From positions 1-51,275 of the forward strand of contig JBBISH010000034.1 in assembly GCA_037441385.1 (NCBI GenBank): a stretch of 51,275 nucleotides of DNA, read 5' to 3'. The DNA comes from Myxococcales bacterium. Its GTDB lineage: Bacteria; Myxococcota_A; UBA9042. Position numbers and translations under genes: made by a program. The stretch's first letter is position 1, and each line of letters opens with the position of its first letter. The notes beneath the pieces are model-generated. The model saw only the letters and a program-made list of their open reading frames with translations, made no database searches and was not told the origin of the DNA. This document shows, piece after piece, positions 28,161 to 36,206 of this stretch.

Positions 28161-29375
28161 ATGATTCAGCGCACTTCTGCGAGTCGCGGGGCCTGGTTCC
28201 AGCGTGCCTGTTTGCTGGCTTGTGCAGGTGCGCTAGGGGCGAGCTGTACGTCCAACACCGAGACCGCGGACCGTGGCAGCCCAAGCGATGCCAGCATTGA
28301 CGCCGGGGCCCCGGCTCCCCTGGTGTTTGCCGGCCGCACCGGCCGGTTGGCGTGGACCGGGCTGCAGGCCGACTCTGCAGGTGTATCCGGGGAGTTGGCG
28401 TTCACTCTGCCCGCCGATACGCTGTCGCTGACCGTGGTGACCTCGGCGCCATCCGGGCGGCTGGCCGTGGCTCGCTGGCGCGATGGCAGCGGCATGGTTC
28501 TGGTGCACGATACGTGGCTGAGCGACGCGCTGGCCCCCTGGCTGTGCACGCAAGGTTGCGTATTTCGGCAGCAAAGCCGCCCCTTGGAACAGGCAGCTTT
28601 GGCGCCCAATCGCGCCGCGGCGGTGACTCTGTCTGGCGTCCACCACCTGCAAGCGCTGCATCTAGTCAACGATCAAGGCAATTGGCTGCCAGCCCCAGGC
28701 GAATTGGCGGTAGAGGTGGTGGCGGTGCGGGGTCCAGCGGTGGCCGCGGGGCGCCTGCCGGTCAACCTGTGCCTGACGGGGGCTCTTGGGTGGACCACCA
28801 AGAATGCTGCGCAGTTGCCGCGGCTACAGCAGGCGATCGCCGACGCCACCGCGATCCTTGGCCAGGCCGGAATCCAGCTGGACGCACGTCTGCGCGATGT
28901 AGAGGGAGCCGCGCCGCTTGTGGAACATTCCAGCGCCGACAACGAGTTGCGCGACCTGTTCGCCACGGGCGCAGGGCTGCCGCCTGGGATCAACGTGTTC
29001 TTGGTCGAGCAGGTTTACGGGATGAACAGCGGCGTGCAGTCGCCCATTACGGGCATCTCGGGCGGCATTCCGGGGCCACCGCTGCGCATGGGCACCCCCG
29101 GGGCTGGGGTCGCGGTGTCCCTGGCACTGGGACCGGGCGAGGACGATCGCCTGGGCCTGGCCATCGCCCACGAATTGGGCCATTTTCTGGGTCTGTTCCA
29201 CACCAGCGAGGCCCAGGTCGGTGCCGATCCAGTGCTGCACGACGACCTGGACGACACGCCGGGCGACGGCCAGGACAACCTGATGTACTGGGCCCCGCAA
29301 GCGGGCGCGACCAAGCTGTCGCCGCAGCAGGGCCAAATCCTGCGTAGCAGTGCGTGGTTACAGCCCCTGCCGTAG
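28161..29375 (+). CDS. Lipoprotein metzincin metallopeptidase (M43-like)
   Basis: LGASC lipobox-like; HELGHFLGLFH zinc motif; NLMY Met-turn. Confidence 0.82.
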   Translation: MIQRTSASRGAWFQRACLLACAGALGASCTSNTETADRGSPSDASIDAGAPAPLVFAGRTGRLAWTGLQADSAGVSGELAFTLPADTLSLTVVTSAPSGRLAVARWRDGSGMVLVHDTWLSDALAPWLCTQGCVFRQQSRPLEQAALAPNRAAAVTLSGVHHLQALHLVNDQGNWLPAPGELAVEVVAVRGPAVAAGRLPVNLCLTGALGWTTKNAAQLPRLQQAIADATAILGQAGIQLDARLRDVEGAAPLVEHSSADNELRDLFATGAGLPPGINVFLVEQVYGMNSGVQSPITGISGGIPGPPLRMGTPGAGVAVSLALGPGEDDRLGLAIAHELGHFLGLFHTSEAQVGADPVLHDDLDDTPGDGQDNLMYWAPQAGATKLSPQQGQILRSSAWLQPLP

Positions 29376-29441
29376 CAGCGCTTACGGGGCCCGCCAGGGC
29401 GCGATCGACACAGGACGGGGCTTGGAACGGCTCGGTCCCGC

Positions 29442-29503
29442 GGACCCCGGTTCGGGCCCGAAGAATTGCCCGAGTTTTCGATCCGATTCGGACGGAATTG
29501 GTA
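29442..29503 (-). mobile_element. Family A half copy abutting the PEGA gene stop codon
   Basis: Reverse complement reads TGA-TACCAATTCCGTCCGAATCGGATCGAAAACTCGGGCAATTCTTCGGGCCCGAACCGGGGTCC; the TGA is the stop at 29504-06. Confidence 0.8.
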
Positions 29504-30604
29504 TCAGAACCGCAGCGCGAACTGCGCACCCGCAACGCCCGGGGCCAACTGCGGCGCGAACATCCACGTTGTGGCCGGCTTGGCGCTGGGGTCCAGGGTG
29601 GGCGCGCTGTAGAACGCCACCACCGTGCCGATCGCCGCGAGCGCGGTCACGCCGCCGGCCACCGCCGTGCCGATCTGGTAGTTCTTGATCGAGGCGTTGC
29701 GGCGATTACCCTCGTCGATCGCGCCCTTGCAGGGATCAAGCGCTGTGCCAGCGTAGGGGTTGCCCAACTCGCACTTGCCCTGGGCGTTGGAGTATTCCGC
29801 GCGCGTGCTGGCGGTCGGGTGGCCGTTGGCGTCGAAGCGGGCCGACCACGCGTCGTATTCCTGCCAGTACAGGAAGCCAAAAACGCCGGTGGCGATGAGG
29901 CCGGCCGCCGCGGTTCCCCCGGCGACCCACGTCCACTTGTGGTCACGCGGCAGCGTCGACGGATCGACCGGCGCCACCAGCACGACCTCGATGTCCTTGA
30001 CTTCACCGGGACCTACCGCCACCACCGGTCGCTCGAACGGCAGCCGCTTTTCCATCGTGATGCGGACGCTGTGGTTGCCGGCGGTCACCTTCAGCTCGCC
30101 CGACGCGTCGACATCGGTGGGCTTGCCGTCGACCTCTAGGCGGGCCCCAGTAGGCAACCCCTTGAACTTCAAGATACCCGGCCGCGACTTGAGCTGTTCC
30201 TTGATCGCGTTCAAGCGCTGCACGGCCTGCTCGCGATCGTTCAGGTACTCCTTGGTGGCCGGGGCCAGGCGGAGAAAATGTTCGTAGTAGATCTGAGCCT
30301 TTTCCAGCAGGCCAGCGCGATCGTACGCCTTGGCCAAAGCCAGCGCGATCAGCGGCTCGCGGTCGTAGCGCGCCCAGGCTTTCTGGAACAGCTCGCGCGC
30401 CGCATCGTAGTCGCCGGCCTTGAAGGCATTTCGCCCGGCCTTGAAGAATTCCAGAGCCTCGTCGCGGGCTTTGGCATCCTCAGCCGACAACGGCTCCGCC
30501 GGAGCCGCCAGGGCGGTCGCGGGGCCGGCGACCGCGGTAGTCAAAGCAGCCAAGAGCAGCCAGCGGGCAGCGGGCCAGACAAGGCGAAAGAGTTGCTGCA
30601 TCAT
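29504..30604 (-). CDS. Secreted TPR + PEGA domain protein
   Basis: Signal peptide; TPR (FKAGDYDAARELFQKAW); PEGA (PTGARLEVDG...GNHSVRI); hydrophobic hairpins; C-terminal FALRF. Confidence 0.85.
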   Translation of the reverse strand: MMQQLFRLVWPAARWLLLAALTTAVAGPATALAAPAEPLSAEDAKARDEALEFFKAGRNAFKAGDYDAARELFQKAWARYDREPLIALALAKAYDRAGLLEKAQIYYEHFLRLAPATKEYLNDREQAVQRLNAIKEQLKSRPGILKFKGLPTGARLEVDGKPTDVDASGELKVTAGNHSVRITMEKRLPFERPVVAVGPGEVKDIEVVLVAPVDPSTLPRDHKWTWVAGGTAAAGLIATGVFGFLYWQEYDAWSARFDANGHPTASTRAEYSNAQGKCELGNPYAGTALDPCKGAIDEGNRRNASIKNYQIGTAVAGGVTALAAIGTVVAFYSAPTLDPSAKPATTWMFAPQLAPGVAGAQFALRF

Positions 30605-30734
30605 TCGAACCCCACCTGATTCGCGCATGATCGGCCCGCCGTGCGCGCTTGGCAACTGGCTTGGGTCAAGCCCGGACGCCTGTTACGGTTTAGAAATTGC
30701 CCGGTTTTTCGTGGCGATGGCGACGGATTTGCTG
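30604..30734 (-). mobile_element. Family A copy, degenerate, overlapping the PEGA start codon
   Basis: TCA-TTCGAACCCCACCTGATTCGCGC...GCAACTGGC...AATTGCCCG...GACGGATTTG aligns colinearly with 33406-33538. Confidence 0.65.
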
Positions 30735-30737
30735 CCC

Positions 30738-30869
30738 GACGGAGTCCGTTCGAGCCGGCTCGAAAACTCCGGAAATTTTCCGGGCCCGAATCGAGGTCCC
30801 CGCCTGATTCTCGCCTGTTGCAGATTGCGTCACGGACGCCGTACAGGCGCGGATCAGGTGGGGCGCGGG
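30738..30869 (+). mobile_element. Family A copy (132 bp) abutting the kinase stop codon
   Basis: CGGCTCGAAAAC...CGGGCCCGAATCGAGGTCCCCGCCTGATTCTCGCC...GGATCAGGTGGGG, followed by TCA (30870-72), the kinase TGA. Confidence 0.8.
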
Positions 30870-32597
30870 TCATTTGTCCGTCTTGTCGTCGTCGAGACGA
30901 AAATCGTCGTGGTGCGGGCCCTTCTTGGGCTTGTCCGCGGGCTTTTCGCCCGACTTGTCGTCGGGTTTGCTGTCGCCGGTCTTTGCGGGTTCGGCGGCCG
31001 TGGTGGTGGCCTTGCTGGGGCCGGCCGCGGCGCCAGCAGCCTTGGGCTCGACAACGGCCGCGGTAGAACTCTTGATTGCTCCCGGTGTTTTGCTGCCTTG
31101 CCCGCTCTTGGTCGCGGCAACCTTGGGCTCTGCGGCCGCGGCAGCGGGCGGCGGCGCGGGGGCAGCTTCGCGGGCGGCGGCCACGGCAGCCGGGACGGGC
31201 GGCACAGGGGCAGGTGCGGGCGGGAGCACGACCGGCGACGGCGGCGCCGCGAGTGGGGCGGCAACGCGCACCACCTCGGGCGGTGGCAGCGGAGCCAACT
31301 GGGGCGCCGGACTGGCTTCGCTGCTCGGCGTCGGCAGGGGGACTGGTTCGACCTGCGGCGACTGTCCGGCCACCACCAGGGCCACCACTGCGCCCACGGC
31401 CACCGCCGCGAACGCCCCGACCGCGATGTACAAGGGCATTCGGCTGGGTGGCAGGGCGTCGACCCGCCCGGCCGGCGCGCGATCCGGCGGAACCTGCATG
31501 GCCGCGGTGGGCAAGGGCGTGAGCCCAGGCTCCAGTCGGCTAGCCGGCACTACCAGAGTCGCCGGAACGGGCGGTTGCAGCAACGGCAACGTGGTGGTGG
31601 GCCGGTCGACCACCACCGCGGCAAAGCTAGCCGAGTCGCGGGCCCGCCGCGCGGCGGTCGTCAGGCGGTCGACCAGCTGGGTGGTCGTTTGTGGGCGCAA
31701 ATCGGGTTCTTTTTCAAGGCATGCCAGCACCACCCGCTCCAGTTCGAACGGCGGTTCATCGCTGGCGCCAGTGCGCACGAACGGCTTGGGCGGGTCCTTG
31801 ATGTGGGCCACCAGCACCTTCATCGCCGTCTCGTCGTGGAAGGGCGGCGTGCCGGTCAGCGCCTCGTACATCATCACGCCCAGCGAGTAGATGTCGCTGC
31901 GGTGATCGATGCCCTCGCCCTTGGCCTGTTCGGGCGACATGTAGGTGGGCGTACCCATGATCATGCCGGCTTCCGTCAGGCTGGCCTCGCCCGGTTTGGC
32001 CGGGTCCTTCTGCATCTTGGCGATGCCAAAATCCAGCACTTTGACAAAGTTGGGATCGCCGGCGACCGGGATCAGCATGATGTTTTCGGGCTTCAGATCG
32101 CGGTGCACAAGCCCCAGGGCGTGGGCCTCGGTCAGCGAGTGGCAAACCTGAGTGGCGATCCGCACCAACGTCTCCCAGTAGATGACCCCGTTGGCGTCCA
32201 GCCGGTCGGCCAGCGTCTCGCCCTCCAGGAACTCCATCGCCAGGTACAGCGCGCCGTCGGTGTGGGTGCCAAAGTCGAATGTGTGAATCGTATTGGGATG
32301 TTTGAGCTTACTGACGGCTTGCGCCTCGCGGGTAAAGCGCTTGACGTGCTCGACGCTGCTCAAGTGTTCGTTGCGCAAAACCTTGACGGCCACCGTCTGG
32401 TTCATCGCCAGTTGCGTGCACTTGTACACGGCGCCAAAACCGCCAACCCCCAGCACCGCGTCCACTTGGTAGCGCCCGGCCAGCACTTCGCCCGGCGGGT
32501 AGGTCTCTTGGCCACTTTGTACGGCGAAGGTGGTGGCGCCGTCGACTGGGCACACCAACTCTTCGGTTTCGATGGAGCATCGCGGACATACGCGCAT
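30870..32597 (-). CDS. Membrane Hanks-type Ser/Thr protein kinase
   Basis: N-terminal CPRC...CPVDG; GVGGFGAV, VAVK, HRDLKPEN, DFG, GTPTYMSPE and DIYSLG; TM helix; Pro-rich tail. Confidence 0.95.
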   Translation of the reverse strand: MRVCPRCSIETEELVCPVDGATTFAVQSGQETYPPGEVLAGRYQVDAVLGVGGFGAVYKCTQLAMNQTVAVKVLRNEHLSSVEHVKRFTREAQAVSKLKHPNTIHTFDFGTHTDGALYLAMEFLEGETLADRLDANGVIYWETLVRIATQVCHSLTEAHALGLVHRDLKPENIMLIPVAGDPNFVKVLDFGIAKMQKDPAKPGEASLTEAGMIMGTPTYMSPEQAKGEGIDHRSDIYSLGVMMYEALTGTPPFHDETAMKVLVAHIKDPPKPFVRTGASDEPPFELERVVLACLEKEPDLRPQTTTQLVDRLTTAARRARDSASFAAVVVDRPTTTLPLLQPPVPATLVVPASRLEPGLTPLPTAAMQVPPDRAPAGRVDALPPSRMPLYIAVGAFAAVAVGAVVALVVAGQSPQVEPVPLPTPSSEASPAPQLAPLPPPEVVRVAAPLAAPPSPVVLPPAPAPVPPVPAAVAAAREAAPAPPPAAAAAEPKVAATKSGQGSKTPGAIKSSTAAVVEPKAAGAAAGPSKATTTAAEPAKTGDSKPDDKSGEKPADKPKKGPHHDDFRLDDDKTDK

Positions 32598-32677
32598 CGA
32601 ACAGCACCCCAGCGGCGTTGTGGCGGCCACCCAGACAACGCGACAGCACGGCCTACCGCACGCAGCTGCCTATCGGC

Positions 32678-32706
32678 AAGTTACCACGGGCTCGCCGCCT
32701 TCACAA
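32678..32706 (-). promoter_or_regulatory. Candidate promoter for the kinase
   Basis: Minus strand TTGTGA-N17-TAACTT with an extended -10 TG. Confidence 0.4.
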
Positions 32707-32761
32707 AGATTTGACGCGGTTGCTCGCGAATCGGCCTAACTGCGCCCGGTGGCAACTGCGC

Positions 32762-32789
32762 TTGACAGGCGCCTGGGCCGGCCTAGTCT
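32762..32789 (+). promoter_or_regulatory. Candidate sigma70 promoter for the FmdB-family gene
   Basis: TTGACA-N16-TAGTCT. Confidence 0.5.
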
Positions 32790-32899
32790 TTGCACGGGGT
32801 CGGCGCCGCCGCGGCGGTCGTGGTGAATCCAAAACCTCGGTGCCGGCTCAAACCACATGGCCCCACGGCCAAATCGCCAACCCCAGCGCAGAGGAGTTC

Positions 32900-33169
32900 A
32901 TGCCCGCCTACGACTACCGCTGTGCCGCCTGCCGGCACGTCTTTGAGAAGAAGCAGCGCATCACCGAGGCCGCCGGCGCGGTGTGCCCCAGCTGTGGCCA
33001 CGAAGACTGCGAACGCCTGATCACCGGCGGCACCTTCCACCTCAAGGGCAGCGGCTGGTACGCCAGCGATTACGGCGGAAAGACCAGCGCACCAGCCAGC
33101 GAAGCGCCCGCCCCGGCCTGTGGTGGCGGCGGTTGCGGCGGCGGTGGGTGCGCCCTGGCAGAAGGCTAG
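32900..33169 (+). CDS. FmdB-family zinc-ribbon protein
   Basis: MPAYDYRCAAC...CPSCG...FHLKGSGWYASDY and a CGGGGC tail; GAGGAG RBS. Confidence 0.92.
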   Translation: MPAYDYRCAACRHVFEKKQRITEAAGAVCPSCGHEDCERLITGGTFHLKGSGWYASDYGGKTSAPASEAPAPACGGGGCGGGGCALAEG

Positions 33170-33182
33170 AGAGCGGATCCAT

Positions 33183-33325
33183 CTAGACTTTGTCCGCGCG
33201 CCCGAGCCCTCGAACTCGGCGTGGTGAGTCGCCGCAGGGGCTCGCTTGCGCCCCACCAGGGGCTAGAGGCGCGGCCAGTAGAGGCAATTACTGAACAGAT
33301 TTGCAGTAACTGGCAGCGTCTCTAG
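33183..33325 (+). repeat. Family B CTAG-delimited hairpin repeat (143 bp)
   Basis: CTAG at 33183, 33263 and 33322; colinear with 22114-22255. Confidence 0.8.
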
Positions 33326-33405
33326 TGGCAAAGCCGTTGCCGCCCACCTGGACCCTGGTCGATGGCTGCCAGCCCCGGCCGCGCGGCGCCACCGGATGCA
33401 TCTCA

Positions 33406-33538
33406 TACGCACCCCACCTGATTCGCGCCTGTACGGCTTTTTTTGACCCGTTCTGCAACTGGCGAGAATCAGGCGGGGACCCCGGTTCGGGCCCGAATAA
33501 TTGCCCGTGTTTTCGATCCGATTCGGACCGAACTGGTA
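33406..33538 (-). mobile_element. Family A MITE-like element, full-length 133 bp
   Basis: TACG...GGTA on the + strand, flanked by TCA (33403-05) and TCA (33539-41). Confidence 0.85.
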
Positions 33539-33593
33539 TCAGGTTGGAACTATCCCAGAAAATCCTGCAGCCGGAACTTGGGTCAGGCGCGGC

Positions 33594-34706
33594 TCAAACT
33601 TGGACTTGCACGGTCTTGGCGGCGCGGGCGCGCTGGCACCACGCGTCCAGATCGTCGGCGGCGATCGCGGCAAAGAAGCCCTCGATCCACTCGAACATCT
33701 CGGCCGTGGTCTGGGCGCGCATTGCCCGCTCGCGCAGCAAGTTGCCATGCGAAAAGCCCTTGGTCATACGGGCCAGCACCTGCTTGATCCGCCCCGGCAC
33801 GACCGACTCGGGCATGCGCTCGGACTGCAAGTCGCTGTACAGGCGAAGGATTCGCACGCGCTCGCCGGGAGAAACCACCCGGGCAGGCCGTCCCGCGGCG
33901 ACGTCGGCGATCTGACCAAAAATCCAGGGGTTCATGATCGCAGCGCGGCCAATCATCACGCCGCGAATCGGGCTCCGCGCCAGCACACCCAAGGCTGCAT
34001 CGGGACTTGCGATATCGCCCGACCCGATCACGGGCACCTGCACGGTGCGCGCGACTTGGGCCACCAGCTCCCAGTCGGCGCGCCCGGTATACATCTGCGC
34101 GCGCGTCCGGCCGTGCACCGCGATCGCTTGGGCACCGGCGGCCTCGCAGCGACGCGCCACCTCTACGGCATTGATGCTGCCGTGATCCCAGCCCGCGCGG
34201 ATCTTGACCGTGACCGGGATGGGGATGGCCTTGGCGACTTCGGCGACGATGGTCTCGAGTTGGTCGCAATTGCGCATCAATTCGGCGCCACCGCCGCGCC
34301 GGACGACCTTGGGCGCCGGGCAGCCGCAGTTGATATCGACGATCGCCGCGCCAGCGTCTGCCGCCATTTGGGCTGCCTGCACCATGCGCGCGGTCTCGCC
34401 CCCAAAGATTTGGATGGCCAGCGGATGCTCGCGCTTGGGATCAAAGGCCAAGCGCATGGCGGACTTCATGTTCTGACGGGTCAGGCCCTCGATGCTGACG
34501 AATTCCGTCACGAGCAGTCCCACAGCGCCGCCGCTGGCCTCCTGCACCATCTGGCGAAAGGCGGTATCGGTCACGCCAGACATGGGGGCGAGCGCGAGCG
34601 GCGTCGCAATCGGCACCGGCCCAATGGCAAAGGGGGCAAACTGGATCGGAGCGTCGCCAAGGACAAAGGGCGCGGTGCCGGGCAGCAAATCAGGGGCGTT
34701 CGACAT
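33594..34706 (-). CDS. dusB: tRNA-dihydrouridine synthase (DusB-like)
   Basis: LAPMSGVTD, QIFG, DINCGCP, TVKIRAG, VHGRTR and VMIGRAA motifs. The ORF is open upstream to 34802. Confidence 0.88.
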   Translation of the reverse strand: MSNAPDLLPGTAPFVLGDAPIQFAPFAIGPVPIATPLALAPMSGVTDTAFRQMVQEASGGAVGLLVTEFVSIEGLTRQNMKSAMRLAFDPKREHPLAIQIFGGETARMVQAAQMAADAGAAIVDINCGCPAPKVVRRGGGAELMRNCDQLETIVAEVAKAIPIPVTVKIRAGWDHGSINAVEVARRCEAAGAQAIAVHGRTRAQMYTGRADWELVAQVARTVQVPVIGSGDIASPDAALGVLARSPIRGVMIGRAAIMNPWIFGQIADVAAGRPARVVSPGERVRILRLYSDLQSERMPESVVPGRIKQVLARMTKGFSHGNLLRERAMRAQTTAEMFEWIEGFFAAIAADDLDAWCQRARAAKTVQVQV

Positions 34707-34850
34707 GGGTTCCGGGGCAGTGGCCTGCGGGCTTGTGGACGGTCGGGGTTCACAGGGCGGCGGCGCCCGAAGCGTTGGATCGTGCTCAGGATTTTGTGGC
34801 ACCGCGCGACCTCGATACGCCCGCGTCAGAGCACGTGGTTCGCGGCCGAT

Positions 34851-35420
34851 CTAGCGCGGGGGCTTGACGACCTCGACATCGGGGACGTCGTCCAGGTGCA
34901 GGTCCCATTCTTGGAGCGCGGCGCTGATCGTCTGGAGTTCTTCGGGCTTTGGTTTGGCCGCGGCGGCGTCTTTCTGCTCCAACAAGAGCGACTTGAGCCG
35001 CTGATTGGCCATGCGGAGCTGGCGGATGCCGGCGATCGCGATCTGCTCTTGGAAGCGTAGGGCCAGCGGGCTGGACGATTTGAGCAGGTTTTCAAACACA
35101 TCGCGCGTCAGTTCCAGCGCGATCGTGTCCTCCGCGGCCACAACCGAGGCCGAGCGCGGCGAACGGTCGACGAGCGCCATCTGCCCCACGACCTGGCCGG
35201 CCTTGAGCGTAGCCAGCGTCTTCTCGCCGCCGGGCAGGTTCTTGCGAATCGACACCTCGCCCACGGCCAGCAAGAAGCAGCTCTGCCCCGGCTGGCCTTC
35301 GCGGCACAAGCTGGCATCGCGTGCGTACTCGCGTGCCGGCGCCACCGAGGCGAGCAGCCGCAGCTCCGAGTTGGTGTAGTCGCGCAGCGACGCAAGTTGA
35401 CGCAAATCAATGGTCTGCAT
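34851..35420 (-). CDS. Stand-alone cNMP-binding domain protein
   Basis: LCREGQPG and GQVVGQMALVDRSPRSASV; no HTH recognised. Confidence 0.85.
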   Translation of the reverse strand: MQTIDLRQLASLRDYTNSELRLLASVAPAREYARDASLCREGQPGQSCFLLAVGEVSIRKNLPGGEKTLATLKAGQVVGQMALVDRSPRSASVVAAEDTIALELTRDVFENLLKSSSPLALRFQEQIAIAGIRQLRMANQRLKSLLLEQKDAAAAKPKPEELQTISAALQEWDLHLDDVPDVEVVKPPR

Positions 35421-35462
35421 GGATTGTTGGGGTTCCCCCTACCCTGGCGGCGTAGGCCGCGC

Positions 35463-36053
35463 TCAGCCAAAAAATCGCGACCAAAGGCGAGCAAACGAAC
35501 CGACTTCTTTCTGCTTTTCAGATCCCGCAGCGATCGACGGCGTCGACGCCGCCGCCGCAGGTTTGCCACCGTGCAGTTCCTGCTCGATGCGCTGGTCGAT
35601 CGAGCGCAGCCGGGCGGTGACGTCGGCAATGATCGACGACGTGAGGGTAGCGGCCACCGCTGGCGCCGTGCTGCGCAGCTCGCGCAGGCCGTGCACGCTC
35701 AATTCAAAAACCAATCCGTCTGAGGCGGCGCTCACTTGCGCGGCGCGCGGAGCGGGATCGAGCGCGGCCATCTCGCCCACGACTTGACCCGCCGTCACCG
35801 GCGCCAGATCGGTGAACTCGCCCGGACCGGTGACGAGCTGCGTCTTGAGCCGGCCCTCGGCCACAAACAGCATCGTGTCGCCGCGCGCCCCTTGCGTGAA
35901 CAAAATGTCGCCAGCGTGCACGGCAATCGGCCGAACAACGCGCGCGACCGCCGCCAACTCGTCGTCGCGGATGCCGCGAAACTGCGGAATCTCGCGGAGC
36001 CGCGTCATCAGCTGCGCTGGTGTGGCGGCCGGGCCGTGGGGCGTTTGAGTCAT
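35463..36053 (-). CDS. Stand-alone cNMP-binding domain protein
   Basis: LFTQGARGD and GQVVGEMAALDPAPRAAQV; amphipathic C-terminus FARLWSRFFG. Confidence 0.85.
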   Translation of the reverse strand: MTQTPHGPAATPAQLMTRLREIPQFRGIRDDELAAVARVVRPIAVHAGDILFTQGARGDTMLFVAEGRLKTQLVTGPGEFTDLAPVTAGQVVGEMAALDPAPRAAQVSAASDGLVFELSVHGLRELRSTAPAVAATLTSSIIADVTARLRSIDQRIEQELHGGKPAAAASTPSIAAGSEKQKEVGSFARLWSRFFG

Positions 36054-36206
36054 GGAAATCAATCCTACCGCAAAGTGGAATGGGGCAAGAATAGCACGCT
36101 GGCGGGACGGGCCAAGAATACCACGTTGCCAGAGCGAGACCAGTGGCATCGGCAGCGGCGGCGCGCAGACTTGCAACCCCGACGCCGTTTCGGGATGCTG
36201 TGGACC

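Noticed and set aside
29442..30869. Family A as integron attC sites bounding a cassette
   Set aside because: No RYYYAAC...GTTRRRY boxes at the ends, mixed orientations, no integrase in view; 3-bp duplications fit transposition better.
30420..32714. 764-aa + strand ORF
   Set aside because: Antisense to the kinase, which has all the Hanks motifs.
21743..33538. Family A or B repeats as a CRISPR array
   Set aside because: The copies are 130-145 bp, dispersed, in both orientations, with no regular spacers and no cas genes.
33325..33915. 196-aa + strand ORF
   Set aside because: Made of a family A copy plus the antisense of dusB.
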